DNA of 63,270 bases, counting the filler, from Octopus bimaculoides (Eukaryota): assembly GCF_001194135.2 (NCBI RefSeq). It is 5 parts of 5 records of this genome, joined end to end, with 100 filler letters (N's around TTAATTAATTAA, not from the genome) between each part and the next. Parts side by side here need not be neighbours in the genome. Positions count along the whole stretch, not along the records: positions 26,774 to 52,007 come from NC_068990.1; 4 more parts are not named here. One strand, given 5' to 3'. The notes beneath the pieces are model-generated. The model saw only the letters and a program-made list of their open reading frames with translations, was not told the DNA's origin and searched no databases. The position numbers were made by a program, and so were the translations under genes. Positions 37,610 through 51,444 of this stretch are shown one piece after another (positions within the stretch are counted from its first letter, which is position 1; every line of letters starts with the position of its first letter).

Positions 37610-40600
37610 TATATATAGAAGACAAGGAATGAAAAATCCAGGCAGATATTGGTAAAGCACTCAGCTTTAAGCGAATTTGGTTAATTATTTCGAACAATTA
37701 GGTACCAATAAATGCAAGAAGAATACACATCCAAGATAATTCCTCATCTATGATGAGTAGGTTCAAATATCATTTAGAAGAATTTCAAGTAATTCGTAGT
37801 ATTAGACAACAAAAATACGTATACAGAAAAATCACATCTTTAATTGTAGAATTCACGTTATGAAGCCGACGATTGTTTTTGTTGTATCAACATCTTTAGA
37901 TGTAGAAAATATCATTGAAATTAATATTTCCGAAAATACATGTTAATACGTTTTCAAGGCGATCCAAAAATTAGCTTAAATTCAAAGTGAATTAAGGAAA
38001 TACTGTATTTCCGGTACAGTATGTGTATGTGTGTGTGTGTGTGTNNNNNNNNNNNNNNNNNNNNNNNNNNNNNNNNNNNNNNNNNNNNNNNNNNNNNNNN
38101 NNNNNNNNNNNNNNNNNNNNNNNNNNNNNNNNNNNNNNNNNNNNNNNNNNNNNNNNNNNNNNNNNNNNNNNNNNNNNNNNNNNNNNNNNNNNNNNNNNNN
38201 NNNNNNNNNNNNNNNNNNNNNNNNNNNNNNNNNNNNNNNNNNNNNNNNNNNNNNNNNNNNNNNNNNNNNNNNNNNNNNNNNNNNNNNNNNNNNNNNNNNN
38301 NNNNNNNNNNNNNNNNNNNNNNNNNNNNNNNNNNNNNNNNNNNNNNNNNNNNNNNNNNNNNNNNNNNNNNNNNNNNNNNNNNNNNNNNNNNNNNNNNNNN
38401 NNNNNNNNNNNNNNNNNNNNNNNNNNNNNNNNNNNNNNNNNNNNNNNNNNNNNNNNNNNNNNNNNNNNNNNNNNNNNNNNNNNNNNNNNNNNNNNNNNNN
38501 NNNNNNNNNGTTTGCCGAACCGCTTAGTTACGGAGGCGTTAACATACCAGCATCTGTTGTCAAGCAATGATGGTGGGGGGAGACAAACACACAAATATAT
38601 ATATATACGACGGGTTTCTTTCAGTTTCCGTCTACCGAATCCACTCACAAGGCTTTGGTCGGCTCGAGGCTATAGCAGAAGACACTTGCCCAAGGTGCCA
38701 CGTAGTGGAACTGAACCCGTAAACATGTGGTTGGGAAGCAAGCTTGGCAAAGTCGACCTCGACAGAATTTGAACTTAGAACGTAAAGACGGACGAAATGC
38801 CGCTAAGCATTTTTTCTGGCATGGTAACGAGTCTGCCGGTTCGCCGCCTTCGGTTGATTCCTAATATTGGCTGAAAACTTTGGATTAGCAAACACAGCAG
38901 AGTGCCGAAAAATACCTCTTGGTATTTCATTACATCTTTTAACGTTGTGCGCTGAACTTTCGGTGTGTGTGTGTTTCGAATTTACATTTCATCCTTTCAG
39001 GGGTCGATAGAATATTGTCAAATATTGGGGTCGATGAAATTGACTGTGCTGTTCCTCCAAAAACTGAGGCCATGCTCTTATTTTAGAATTCAATATCGAC
39101 GCAAAGTCATACTTTGAAATGGAGAATCTTATAGTTGACAGAATTAGCTTCCAGCTTATTTCATTTTCTTTTAGACGCTGTTAATCCGTTGCTGGATGAA
39201 GCTTTAATATGAAGTTGATTGCATATCTAGGAAGACAATGGTCCTACTTGTATACATGGGCTAACTGTTGATTAGACGGAGCACTACTTTGGTCGGGTAA
39301 TTAGCCCTGACCATCAGCGACCAAGACGGGATTTGAATTCGAAATGTAATGTATCAGAACAGATAGCAGAAAACATCGTTCGACGCTGTAACAATCCTGC
39401 CAATCAAACCACGTGGGCTGGCACTTTATTTATCGACCTCCATGATATGAAAGACAAAAGCGATCGCGGTGGATTTTGAGGTCAGGAACCGGAACATATA
39501 TTGCAGGATATTGTATCCAATGTTCTAATACCTGCCAATTCAAAGCTTCTGTATAACTGGTTCGTATTATCTCGATGATGTAATTATCAGATTCGAGCTT
39601 CGGGTATGGAAGAGCATGACTAAATACTTTAAGCTAGATCCGGTTGGAATGTAACTGTTGTTCTTCTACATTTAATTATAATTATTGGCGTCCTAATGAT
39701 TTTGTCATCTATTGACATTGATATTTTTATGTTTTCTTACACTGACAATAAATAAATAAATAATACAAAAAAACTAAGGCAAGAAAATCCGTTTATTTTT
39801 GTATCGAAGGGTATAATCGAAAAAAACTGACATCAGCACTTTACTGATACTTTTTATCAAAAAGGCGGCGAGCTGGCAGAAACGTTAGTCTTGGTGTTAA
39901 TGTACATAATTCGAGGCTTTGCTCTTAGTCTTCACCTGTTTTCGTTGTCAAAACAAAAACAGAATACCCTGAGCATATTCAAAAAAAAAACAAAAAAACA
40001 ATGCCGTCGACCCTAGTTGTGGACTAATACTTTACTTTATCAGTCCCGCAGGGGGTGAAAGAAAGGTTGACATCGACGGTTTTTCAAATCAGAATATTAG
40101 GAGCCGGAAGAAATACCATAAGATATTTTCCGACGCTCTGACGATTTTGTTAGTCGGTCACCTTATTTCATTACCATATAATATTATCTGGTCTATCGCA
40201 CATCTTTTGTAAGAAGGTTATCGCATTCAAAAGTTAAATAAGCTGCCCTACCATTTTGAAAACGGAGGCACACATTAAATAATGAAGCCTTAGACATGCA
40301 ATATTCGAGAGAAGAATGGAATGGTCGCAAATGAAATTGTGTTTTTAGACAGGGATAACCTGAGTGGGAAGGAGTTTCATGGATATGATCAACTCTCCTA
40401 AATGAATGGTATTTATATTTAGCCCCTGGAAGGGTAAAAGGCAAAAGTCGATACTAGCGTGATTTGATCACAGAACATACGGGAACAGAACTAAATACTG
40501 CCTGATATTTAATACGGCGCTCTATGTTTCTGGCACACCACTGCTTATTATTGTAGCGTATAATAATATCTGTTCCAAATAGTTCTTTTTTAGGAACCGC

Positions 40601-41968
40601 ACCCATTAAAAGAGAGAAAGAGCAAGAATGCAAAAGCTACTTGAGTCAAGGACTACGGTCTTTGGGTTCTATATGGAATGACGTAACCAGACTGAGATGA
40701 TTAAGGAACGCTCAAACACTAAGAAGTGGCGTGGTTGAAATCGCCTCTTGACATAAGTTGACACTCACCCCATGCGATAGATAAACTGACTGTGGCCCTT
40801 ATTATTTAAGTTTGCATTTTAAATGTTCTCAGCTTTTTCACAGACGCTGTTTTGCTCCCCCACCACCCGGCCTCCACTCATATATACATTAAACTCCGTA
40901 GTGCAGTTGAAGTTTGTACCAGTAAAGTTTATTGTTTTGTACTGTCTGTCTACCGGTGGGAATTTATAGGAGAAAGAGAGAGAGAAAGAGAAAGAGAGAG
41001 AGAAACACACTACTGTCTGCCACTATCTGACAGTAGCGCCACCTGTTGTTCAAACTGAAGAAAGTTGGAGTGGTAATAACTGTTTTCCTTATCATTTATG
41101 TTTATCAACGTGTAAGATGAAGAAGTGGAATAAAGCGTCCAGAAAATAAATAAATAAAAATAGATTAATGACGTGAATGTTATTCAAAATATGGAAGTCA
41201 CTAACTGATATATATTTAACTCTTTGCCTGTCGAAAGCGTTTTCTTAAATGTCCTAAAATGTCCATGTTTGTTTTCAGGCTTTTAGCTAGCTCCTGTTTC
41301 ATAAATACTGAATGATATGAAGGTTTCCTTTCAATAACTTTCAAGTTACTCAACGGGTTGTAATAAAAAGGAATGTGTATCATATACAATGAATGAGTGG
41401 AGGCGTACTGGGGTCGATGTAATCCACTTAATCCCTTTGTCTGTCCTTGTTTGTCCCCTCTATGTTTAGCCCCATGTGGGCAATAAAGAAATAAGAAACT
41501 GTGAGGAAATCTGTCAGGGTTGACCGTTTTTATTCTTGGGTGCTGCTCATAATCAACCCAGTACTCGGTTTAACACTACCACTTGGGCCTTGAGTATGTT
41601 TCTTCCAGTCTTCACTCTATGCAGGCATTCATTCAAGTCAGGTCACCGGGTTTCCCTTGCTATTCACCTCATGTTCCCTGTATGATGTACATGTTTCTTC
41701 CTTTGGCTAAGGCATTAAAAAGAACAAAAAATCCGTAAGAAATGCAACTCTGTGATTTTACTGTGTTGTTGTGCTTTCGTAGTCAAAATTCCACACGTTA
41801 GGTGTGGCTCAAGTTGGTCGGTTACCTCATGAGAGCAACTTGATTGAATACTGTTGCGAAATGAAAGGAATAGGCAAAGATGGAAAACAGTGATAAACAT
41901 ACATAAATATATACGCACACACCCTACACTTCACTCTCTCGCAAACACGTCAACACGAAACACACACG

Positions 41969-42025
<57 letters not shown>

Positions 42026-42744
42026 NNNNNNNNNNNNNNNNNNNNNNNNNNNNNNNNNNNNNNNNNNNNNNNNNNNNNNNNNNNNNNNNNNNNNNNNNNN
42101 NNNNNNNNNNNNNNNNNNNNNNNNNNNNNNNNNNNNNNNNNNNNNNNNNNNNNNNNNNNNNNNNNNNNNNNNNNNNNNNNNNNNNNNNNNNNNNNNNNNN
42201 NNNNNNNNNNNNNNNNNNNNNNNNNNNNNNNNNNNNNNNNNNNNNNNNNNNNNNNNNNNNNNNNNNNNNNNNNNNNNNNNNNNNNNNNNNNNNNNNNNNN
42301 NNNNNNNNNNNNNNNNNNNNNNNNNNNNNNNNNNNNNNNNNNNNNNNNNNNNNNNNNNNNNNNNNNNNNNNNNNNNNNNNNNNNNNNNNNNNNNNNNNNN
42401 NNNNNNNNNNNNNNNNNNNNNNNNNNNNNNNNNNNNNNNNNNNNNNNNNNNNNNNNNNNNNNNNNNNNNNNNNNNNNNNNNNNNNNNNNNNNNNNNNNNN
42501 NNNNNNNNNNNNNNNNNNNNNNNNNNNNNNNNNNNNNNNNNNNNNNNNNNNNNNNNNNNNNNNNNNNNNNNNNNNNNNNNNNNNNNNNNNNNNNNNNNNN
42601 NNNNNNNNNNNNNNNNNNNNNNNNNNNNNNNNNNNNNNNNNNNNNNNNNNNNNNNNNNNNNNNNNNNNNNNNNNNNNNNNNNNNNNNNNNNNNNNNNNNN
42701 NNNNNNNNTACATACTCACAAGCACATATGTACCTGCGCACCCA

Positions 42745-42775
<31 letters not shown>

Positions 42776-43259
42776 GCGCACGCACATACTGAGAGCGGCT
42801 TTTTCTGTAGACGCGTTACAATTAATCATTTTTGTGAACCGTTTTTTTTTTGTTTCTTTTCATACACACTTGCACACGAGTTCCTTGCTATGTGTTTGGA
42901 ATAGGAACGTTCCAAGCTCCATCATCAGTTTTCCTAGACCTCCTTAGTGTCATCACTTCAATGAAATGATAACTTGTTGCTATTTCATAAGTAGGCAAGG
43001 CCAATGTGATTGCTACAGACATTTCATCGGAGTCTGAATTTTCAACTGTAAGATCCGTACATCATTAGTCAGATCTTTATTTCTGTTCGCGATTTGTATA
43101 CATTGCTTGTGTTTATGTTAGCCTTGAGTTGTGTTATATGAGTAATGCTTTCATTGTTAATGGCTTGTTTTTGTGAGAAATTCTGTGGTGTATACATGTG
43201 TTGTTTGCTAATGTTTTCCTGTCTGCTTTGTTTTGTTGGGTGTGATGCAGTGTATCAAC

Positions 43260-43554
43260 ACACTATAGACGTTGCCATTCCTCCGGACGTAAAACATTAC
43301 AAAGGTGTAGAAAAGATCTTGATGTATGTTGAATTAAGAATAGAGATATCAAAAATGTGGAGATGTCCGGCATTAAAAGTGTAAGTCATCAGAAGGACAT
43401 TAAACATAATTAAACAACAACAACAACGACGATGACAACAACAACAACAACAACAGCACTGTCATGCCAACGATATGTGAAGGCTCCAAAAGTCTACCTC
43501 CTTGGAACAGCTCATATTCTTAAAAAAAGTATTTTCTGTCAAAAGCTTATTGTA

Positions 43555-43555
<1 letters not shown>
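43260..43555 (+). mobile_element. R4/Dong-clade LINE extreme 3' end followed by an (AAT)n tract
   Basis: IDVAIPPD..KGVEKILMYVELRIEISKMW and LLGTAHILKK; (AAT)n at 43555-43607; internal (CAA)n expansion. Confidence 0.8.
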
Positions 43556-43608
<53 letters not shown>

Positions 43609-45119
43609 CATTCTAGGGGACCTTACAGCACGATTCAGCGAGAAGTTCTTCCAATTATTTTTTCGGAGGCACAAGGAAAACTCACCTGGCTTTGAAAATG
43701 CACAGGCAGGCCATNNNNNNNNNNNNNNNNNNNNNNNNNNNNNNNNNNNNNNNNNNNNNNNNNNNNNNNNNNNNNNNNNNNNNNNNNNNNNNNNNNNNNN
43801 NNNNNNNNNNNNNNNNNNNNNNNNNNNNNNNNNNNNNNNNNNNNNNNNNNNNNNNNNNNNNNNNNNNNNNNNNNNNNNNNNNNNNNNNNNNNNNNNNNNN
43901 NNNNNNNNNNNNNNNNNNNNNNNNNNNNNNNNNNNNNNNNNNNNNNNNNNNNNNNNNNNNNNNNNNNNNNNNNNNNNNNNNNNNNNNNNNNNNNNNNNNN
44001 NNNNNNNNNNNNNNNNNNNNNNNNNNNNNNNNNNNNNNNNNNNNNNNNNNNNNNNNNNNNNNNNNNNNNNNNNNNNNNNNNNNNNNNNNNNNNNNNNNNN
44101 NNNNNNNNNNNNNNNNNNNNNNNNNNNNNNNNNNNNNNNNNNNNNNNNNNNNNNNNNNNNNNNNNNNNNNNNNNNNNNNNNNNNNNNNNNNNNNNNNNNN
44201 NNNNNNNNNNNNNNNNNNNNNNNNNNNNNNNNNNNNNNNNNNNNNNNNNNNNNNNNNNNNNNNNNNNNNNNNNNNNNNNNNNNNNNNNNNNNNNNNNNNN
44301 NNNNNNNNNNNNNNNNNNNNNNNNNNNNNNNNNNNNNNNNNNNNNNNGTGTAATAAAACACTACAACATGAACAATATTTCTTTTCGTAACTTAGTCCAT
44401 CAGAATTCTGTGCAAAATATCAAGAACTGACTTTAATATTTTGGTTCCCTCACTTCAAAGAAGCATTATGAGTTAAGTGGATATTTAACAAATAATTAAA
44501 TATTATATTTCATTTAACAAAATTAACGAGATTTAAAGTACAACAGTTGATTTTTTAAAATAACTATCATATTATGCTTTTCTTCTGTGAGACATGAGCG
44601 GATGTAGAACATTTTTAATTCGAAATAATCACCGAATGGTACCTCGATATCTTGTGTGTGACAGGTGGAGATATTTAATACCATTTCATAGCACCTTTCA
44701 CCTTTTACTTGTTTCAATCACTGGACTGCGGCCATGCTGGAGCACCGCCTTGAAAAGTTCAGTTGAACAAATAGTATTTTTCATTTCTTTGATTTTAAAG
44801 TCTCATTCTTATTCTAACGATCACTTTTGACGAACTGCTAATTCAGGGGAATGAAAACGAACCAACAGTGGCTGTCGAGCGGCAGTGCGGAACAAATACA
44901 GCAAACACGTAGATACATACATACATGCATGCATACATACATACATAAATACATTCATACACACACATACATAAATACATTCATACACACACGTACAAAA
45001 AGCTTCAAAATCCAGTCGCAAGACATTTTACGGCCCAGGGTTATAAATGAAGACACTTGCATACGGTGTCACGCAGTGGGACAGAACCCAAAACTACATG
45101 GTTGGAAAACAAGCTTGGT

Positions 45120-45410
45120 GAAAGAGAATAGGCGAGGACGAGAGTAGGAGAGAGAGAGAGAGAGAGAGAGAGTAGGAGAGGGTGAGAGAGAGTAGGCGAA
45201 GACGAGAGAGAGTAGGAGAGGGTGAGAGAGAGTATGAGAGGGCGAAAGAGTGTTGGAGAGAGAGAGTATGAGAGGGCGAGAGAGTGTTGGAGAGAGAGAG
45301 TAGGAGAGGGTGAGAGAGAGTAGGCGAAGACGAGAGAGAGTAGGAGAGGGTGAGAGAGAGTATGAGAGGGCGAGAGAGTGTAGGAGAGAGAGAGAGAGAG
45401 AGAGAGAGAT
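45120..45410. repeat. GA-rich minisatellite (units such as gagagagagtaggagagggt / gagagagtaggcgaagac)
   Basis: Direct reading of repeated 18-40 bp purine-rich units. Confidence 0.85.
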
Positions 45411-45584
45411 AGAAACTGACAGAGGTACATATTAAGGCACACACTCACTCACATACACTCGNNNNNNNNNNNNNNNNNNNNNNNNNNNNNNNNNNNNNNN
45501 NNNNNNNNNNNNNNNNNNNNNNNNNNNNNNNNNNNNNNNNNNNNNNNNNNNNNNNCAACAACAACAACAACAACAACAACAATA

Positions 45585-45619
<35 letters not shown>

Positions 45620-45629
45620 AATAATAATA

Positions 45630-45678
<49 letters not shown>

Positions 45679-45701
45679 TAATAATAATAATAATAATGAT
45701 A

Positions 45702-46100
45702 ATCAAACATTCAATGATGAAGGAAAGGATCAGAAGAGAATGTTATCTTAGGGTAAGGACAATACTCAAGACAGAGCTGAATGCAAGAAACAGGATCGAA
45801 GACATCAATACTTTAGCCATACCAGTCCTCACTTACAGTTTCAATATCATTAACTGGTCAATTACTGAAAAATGTAAGCTTGACAGAAAAATACAAAAAC
45901 TGTTGACAATGCATAGAATGCACCACTCTAAGGCAGATATAGAACGACTTTATTTGCCAAGAAAAGAGGGAGGCCGTGGACTTTTACAACTGGTATTAAG
46001 ATTGCCACAATTGGCCTAGACACCTATCTGAAAAACTCTGATGACTGGATGTTAAAACTTGTCTCAAAGCATGAAAACAAGAAAGCATCATCAGTAACAA
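45702..46100 (+). mobile_element. R4/Dong-clade LINE RT-end fragment abutting a (CAA)(GAT)(AAT)n tract
   Basis: KERIRRECYLRVRTILKTELNARNRIEDINTLAIPVLTYSFNIINW..LDRKIQKLLTMHRMHHSKADIERLYLPRKEGGRGL. Confidence 0.88.
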
Positions 46101-46670
46101 AAGTATACATATTGTAAACTGCTGTCTGAGATTATCTACGAGACACTCGTATGTCTTGATCACGACAGATTCAGAGCGCGTCTAGTTTTTTTCTTTTCAT
46201 TCGCAAAATTATGTATTTTTTAAAAGACAGTAGAAAATCTGAAAATCGGCTATACTAGAAAAGTTTTCCAGTTTAATTGTTATGAAGGTATGATGTTGTG
46301 GAGAAAAAGATTGGAGGAAAAAGTTACAGAGTTCTAAAAATCGAAGAAAACTGTGTATTTATAGCCAAAAGCGAGACAGAAATTTTCTGCGTTTCAACTT
46401 TAAGGTTGTACCCTGTGAAATTTATAGTTTAACGTCTGTGAAATGACCTGTTCATTGTAGGTTTCTAAATAAACTAACATACCTAATAAAATCAACAGCT
46501 TTTGCTATATGAAAAATATGTAAAATATTAAGAGAATTGACGAAAAATGTCTATAATAAAATTCTAATTGATAAATATAAATTTTTATTAAAACAAAACA
46601 CACGGGTGAAGTAAATCTCGTGGTGTGAAGAATCAACACAACATGCGGGTGAAACACAACACAACGTGCG

Positions 46671-46716
46671 GTTGTCATGGTAACAAGCTGTTAATGCCTC
46701 GCTGTCTGTTGATTGG
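46671..46716. promoter_or_regulatory. RFX X-box (GTTGTCATGGTAAC) plus inverted CCAAT box
   Basis: Exact match to the GTHNYY-AT-RRNAAC X-box consensus at 46671-46684; gATTGGct at 46711-46718. No transcript evidence available. Confidence 0.45.
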
Positions 46717-49700
46717 CTAAAATTACCTAAATTTCTCAACGTTAATTCCAAATAACATCAGATTCTTTAATTTACGAGACAAAGTAATTGGTTGATCNNN
46801 NNNNNNNNNNNNNNNNNNNNNNNNNNNNNNNNNNNNNNNNNNNNNNNNNNNNNNNNNNNNNNNNNNNNNNNNNNNNNNNNNNNNNNNNNNNNNNNNNNNN
46901 NNNNNNNNNNNNNNNNNNNNNNNNNNNNNNNNNNNNNNNNNNNNNNNNNNNNNNNNNNNNNNNNNNNNNNNNNNNNNNNNNNNNNNNNNNNNNNNNNNNN
47001 NNNNNNNNNNNNNNNNNNNNNNNNNNNNNNNNNNNNNNNNNNNNNNNNNNNNNNNNNNNNNNNNNNNNNNNNNNNNNNNNNNNNNNNNNNNNNNNNNNNN
47101 NNNNNNNNNNNNNNNNNNNNNNNNNNNNNNNNNNNNNNNNNNNNNNNNNNNNNNNNNNNNNNNNNNNNNNNNNNNNNNNNNNNNNNNNNNNNNNNNNNNN
47201 NNNNNNNNNNNNNNNNNNNNNNNNNNNNNNNNNNNNNNNNNNNNNNNNNNNNNNNNNNNNNNNNNNNNNNNNNNNNNNNNNNNNNNNNNNNNNNNNNNNN
47301 NNNNNNNNNNNNNNNNNNNNNNNNNNNNNNNNNNNNNNNNNNNNNNNNNNNNNNNNNNNNNNNNNNNNNNNNNNNNNNNNNNNNNNNNNNNNNNNNNNNN
47401 NNNNNNNNNNNNNNNNNNNNNNNNNNNNNNNNNNNNNNNNNNNNNNNNNNNNNNNNNNNNNNNNNNNNNNNNNNNNNNNNNNNNNNNNNNNNNNNNNNNN
47501 NNNNNNNNNNNNNNNNNNNNNNNNNNNNNNNNNNNNNNNNNNNNNNNNNNNNNNNNNNNNNNNNNNNNNNNNNNNNNTCTTATGTGTGTGTTTGTGTGTC
47601 TGTGTACATTCATGTGCGTGTGCGTGTGTATGTGTAAATATCTACTCAGTTTCTCTTTAAAGGCTGTTCCCATTATTATGCAAGGAAAAAAATAAAAGGG
47701 GCAAAGAGACGGCGAAAAAGAAGAAAAAAAGGGAAAGTATTACAACAATAAACTATCAATACGGACCCAAACACATGTACCTTCATATACACACACACAC
47801 ATTAAAAACACATGCGTACATATAAGAGACGGGTCATCTGTGTAAGCAAGGTAAGCAGACCCTACCTAGACTAGAACTATAAATTTTGGTTACAAATTTT
47901 CGCACAAGTCCAGCAATTCCAGGAAAGGGGTTAAGTTGACTACAGCGACCCCAGTGTTCAATTGGTACTTAATTAATCGAGCCTGAAAGGATGAAAGGCA
48001 GAGTCGACCTCGGCAGAATTTGAACGCAGAACGTGATGGCTGACGAAATGCTGCTAAGTATTTCGCCCGGCGCGCTAACGATTCTGCTAGACTGTTGATT
48101 AACAGCCCAGTCAAGATGGTATTTTCTTCTTCTCCTACTCTTGTTTTTGCACACATCTACAAAATGACTTTCTAAAATGAACTTCCATTATGCAGCTGAG
48201 GAGTACATTTTCATTGCACATCTTAGGTGGTGTTCTCACTACATAAATAAATGAAGTTTGTACGAAACGTACGTACTGCTNNNNNNNNNNNNNNNNNNNN
48301 NNNNNNNNNNNNNNNNNNNNNNNNNNNNNNNNNNNNNNNNNNNNNNNNNNNNNNNNNNNNNNNNNNNNNNNNNNNNNNNNNNNNNNNNNNNNNNNNNNNN
48401 NNNNNNNNNNNNNNNNNNNNNNNNNNNNNNNNNNNNNNNNNNNNNNNNNNNNNNNNNNNNNNNNNNNNNNNNNNNNNNNNNNNNNNNNNNNNNNNNNNNN
48501 NNNNNNNNNNNNNNNNNNNNNNNNNNNNNNNNNNNNNNNNNNNNNNNNNNNNNNNNNNNNNNNNNNACACACACACACACACATATACACGCACATACAC
48601 TACAAAACAGGTGCGCAATTTCAGGTGCATTCTTCCGTATACTGTAGGCTTTTCTTTCTCACCTTCCCACACCACCTGCTTACCTTCACCTATATTCCGA
48701 AGCTGAAACGTTCTAATCCGAAACGTCACAATAAACTCTCTCTACTCGCTTTTTTTTTATATTTCACAGCGTATATTTTTTTTATGTTTAAATAAAAGAT
48801 ACCGTAACACTGCAAATAAAAAATAAATATGACAGATTTCTTTTCTTGTGAAATATCTCGATCTTAAACGAGCTTTGTCACGATGAACCAGATAACTAAA
48901 TCAGTTGAAATTTGCATTCGATTTTATTCGGTCAGTTTGAACCGTATGTAACAGAAATTGTCACGTAATATTCCGTACCTCATTAATGCAGTCAGTCTAT
49001 GAAGATGCGATGATAGATACTAAATTTATGAATACTATTCTCACCCGACCATATGGACTCGAATCATATCCTCAAGTCTGATCTCATTCTCAAGTCTGGT
49101 CTTATTATGACTAATATATTGTAAGAACGTAATCATGATTAATAAAAATATACATTTTATTTATTAACAGAAAGTGCATTGTCACTGTTTCTTTTATTCA
49201 TACGCAAATTCACAATGTTTCAAACGTCGATGAGGTGTCCCCAATAAATATAAAGACACATACAAACGCACGCACACACACAATTTTTAAATGTTTTTAT
49301 ATTATATCTTGTGTATATGAGTGCACTTATGTATGGTGTGGAGTATTCCGATGCCTTGAAATATATTGAGTGAATATGAACGCTGACCTTCGAAATCTGT
49401 TCTCTCTTCCTTGGTTTTATATTCCTGATGCTCTATTAGAGCGCTAATTAGTTGTGCTGTATAAGGGGATAATTATCCCCGAAATTGCAAAGATAATCTG
49501 AAGGGTCGTTTTGTACGTTACTTGTCTTATTTTTCCATTTGTTTCTTTCGTTGTTCGCATAAAAATGTTCGTATTCCACGTTTTCATATTTCATATTTCA
49601 TGCTGTTTACGTTTTGATTTTTATTCTTTAATGCTTAATTGTATTGCTTATTTTTTAAAGGGATGTAAAATTAGATATATGATATTTTGAAAAAGAACCT

Positions 49701-49834
49701 GAAGATGTGTTGAAATAATTATATAATAAATATAGATATATATGTATGTATATTATAGCCTCAGGCTGACCAGTGCCTTGTGAGTGGACTTCGTATGCAG
49801 AAACTGAAAGAAGACTGTCGTATATATGTGTATA

Positions 49835-49893
<59 letters not shown>

Positions 49894-50539
49894 NNNNNNN
49901 NNNNNNNNNNNNNNNNNNNNNNNNNNNNNNNNNNNNNNNNNNNNNNNNNNNNNNNNNNNNNNNNNNNNNNNNNNNNNNNNNNNNNNNNNNNNNNNNNNNN
50001 NNNNNNNNNNNNNNNNNNNNNNNNNNNNNNNNNNNNNNNNNNNNNNNNNNNNNNNNNNNNNNNNNNNNNNNNNNNNNNNNNNNNNNNNNNNNNNNNNNNN
50101 NNNNNNNNNNNNNNNNNNNNNNNNNNNNNNNNNNNNNNNNNNNNNNNNNNNNNNNNNNNNNNNNNNNNNNNNNNNNNNNNNNNNNNATATATGCGGCTCT
50201 ATTCTATACCCATCATTTTCTCTCTCATCCTTTCTCTAATTCCCTTTTTTCTCCCCTTCACCGTTTTCTGTCTGTCTCTCCTTCTTTCTTTTCTTCTCCC
50301 TCTCGTTGCTCACATGTGACCATCGTCCATTTTTCTTTTCCTCACGTGATCGTCTATCTTGTTTTTCGGGACTGTCCTAAGGACTGGACGTATCCTATCT
50401 CTCCCTTCTATTTTTTCTCTTGTCAAAGAAAATATTTTTTCCAGCGTTCACTTTTTTCCTCTCGTTCTGGTCTAACGACCCTCCATATTTGTTTTTGTTC
50501 GGTTTCCTTGTATGTCTCCACAGATTGGTCCAGGCCATA

Positions 50540-50790
50540 TCTAACTCAATAGCACCTGATAGGATTATCTAAACCCTTTTTAAGTCAAGTTTTGTCTATG
50601 GCCCATTCAAGTAGTGAGTTCTTACTGAGTGAGTTGTATCCAGGTATGGGTGGCTTGTCTGGTATTCCTTGATTCCGTTTAAAGCTGATAGGATCCTTTT
50701 CCTCTTTTATATGTTTCGGGACAATGTTAAACAGGGCAGGAAATGCATTTGATCAAATCTAGACTACATATGTTTTTTAGCTAGCAGAAC
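50540..50790 (-). mobile_element. CR1/L2-group LINE 3'-end fragment
   Basis: Minus strand reads FPALFNIVPKHIK...IPDKPPIPGYNSLSKNSLLEW, like CR1-group ORF2 termini. Confidence 0.55.
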
Positions 50791-51444
50791 CTCAGAGGAG
50801 TAATTAATTCTTTCTACAACTTTCTACGGACTGCTCGAAGCTTATTAATTTCCTACACTTAGAATCTTGGATTTTACCTTCACTTCTATATCTATATACT
50901 TTTAAATACATACATACATACATACATACATACATACATACATGCATACATAAATATGTATATATACATATATACGTGTGTATGTGTGTGTGTGTGTGAG
51001 TGTGTAGCAGCAATCTTTCCGTACAGTCAATGTTTTCTCTTTTCATATGTCTGCCTGTCTTAGTAATTCATGTTTTACTAATCTGACCTGAGCCTTAGAC
51101 CGCCCAAGAGAGCTGTCAGGTAGTTGTTTTACAGGTAAAGCAACTTCTCATTGACAAAATTTTGACTTTTTCACTCTATTTACTGACCAGATCAAACAAC
51201 ATAGTTGCAACGGACTAGAGAAGAAGAAAATGTATCTGGTTTGTTGAAAAACATGTTATCTGTTTGGTTAAAGAGGAGCCATTTTGTCTTTTCATTTCGT
51301 CATCGACTCGGACAATGATAATAGCATGATAATAGCATAGTTTTAGATGTGCAGTTGAACTGACGGAAAAAAGAACTATTTATTTGAAAACAAAGCTGCA
51401 CAACATACACACATACATTCATGCATGCATACATACATACATAC

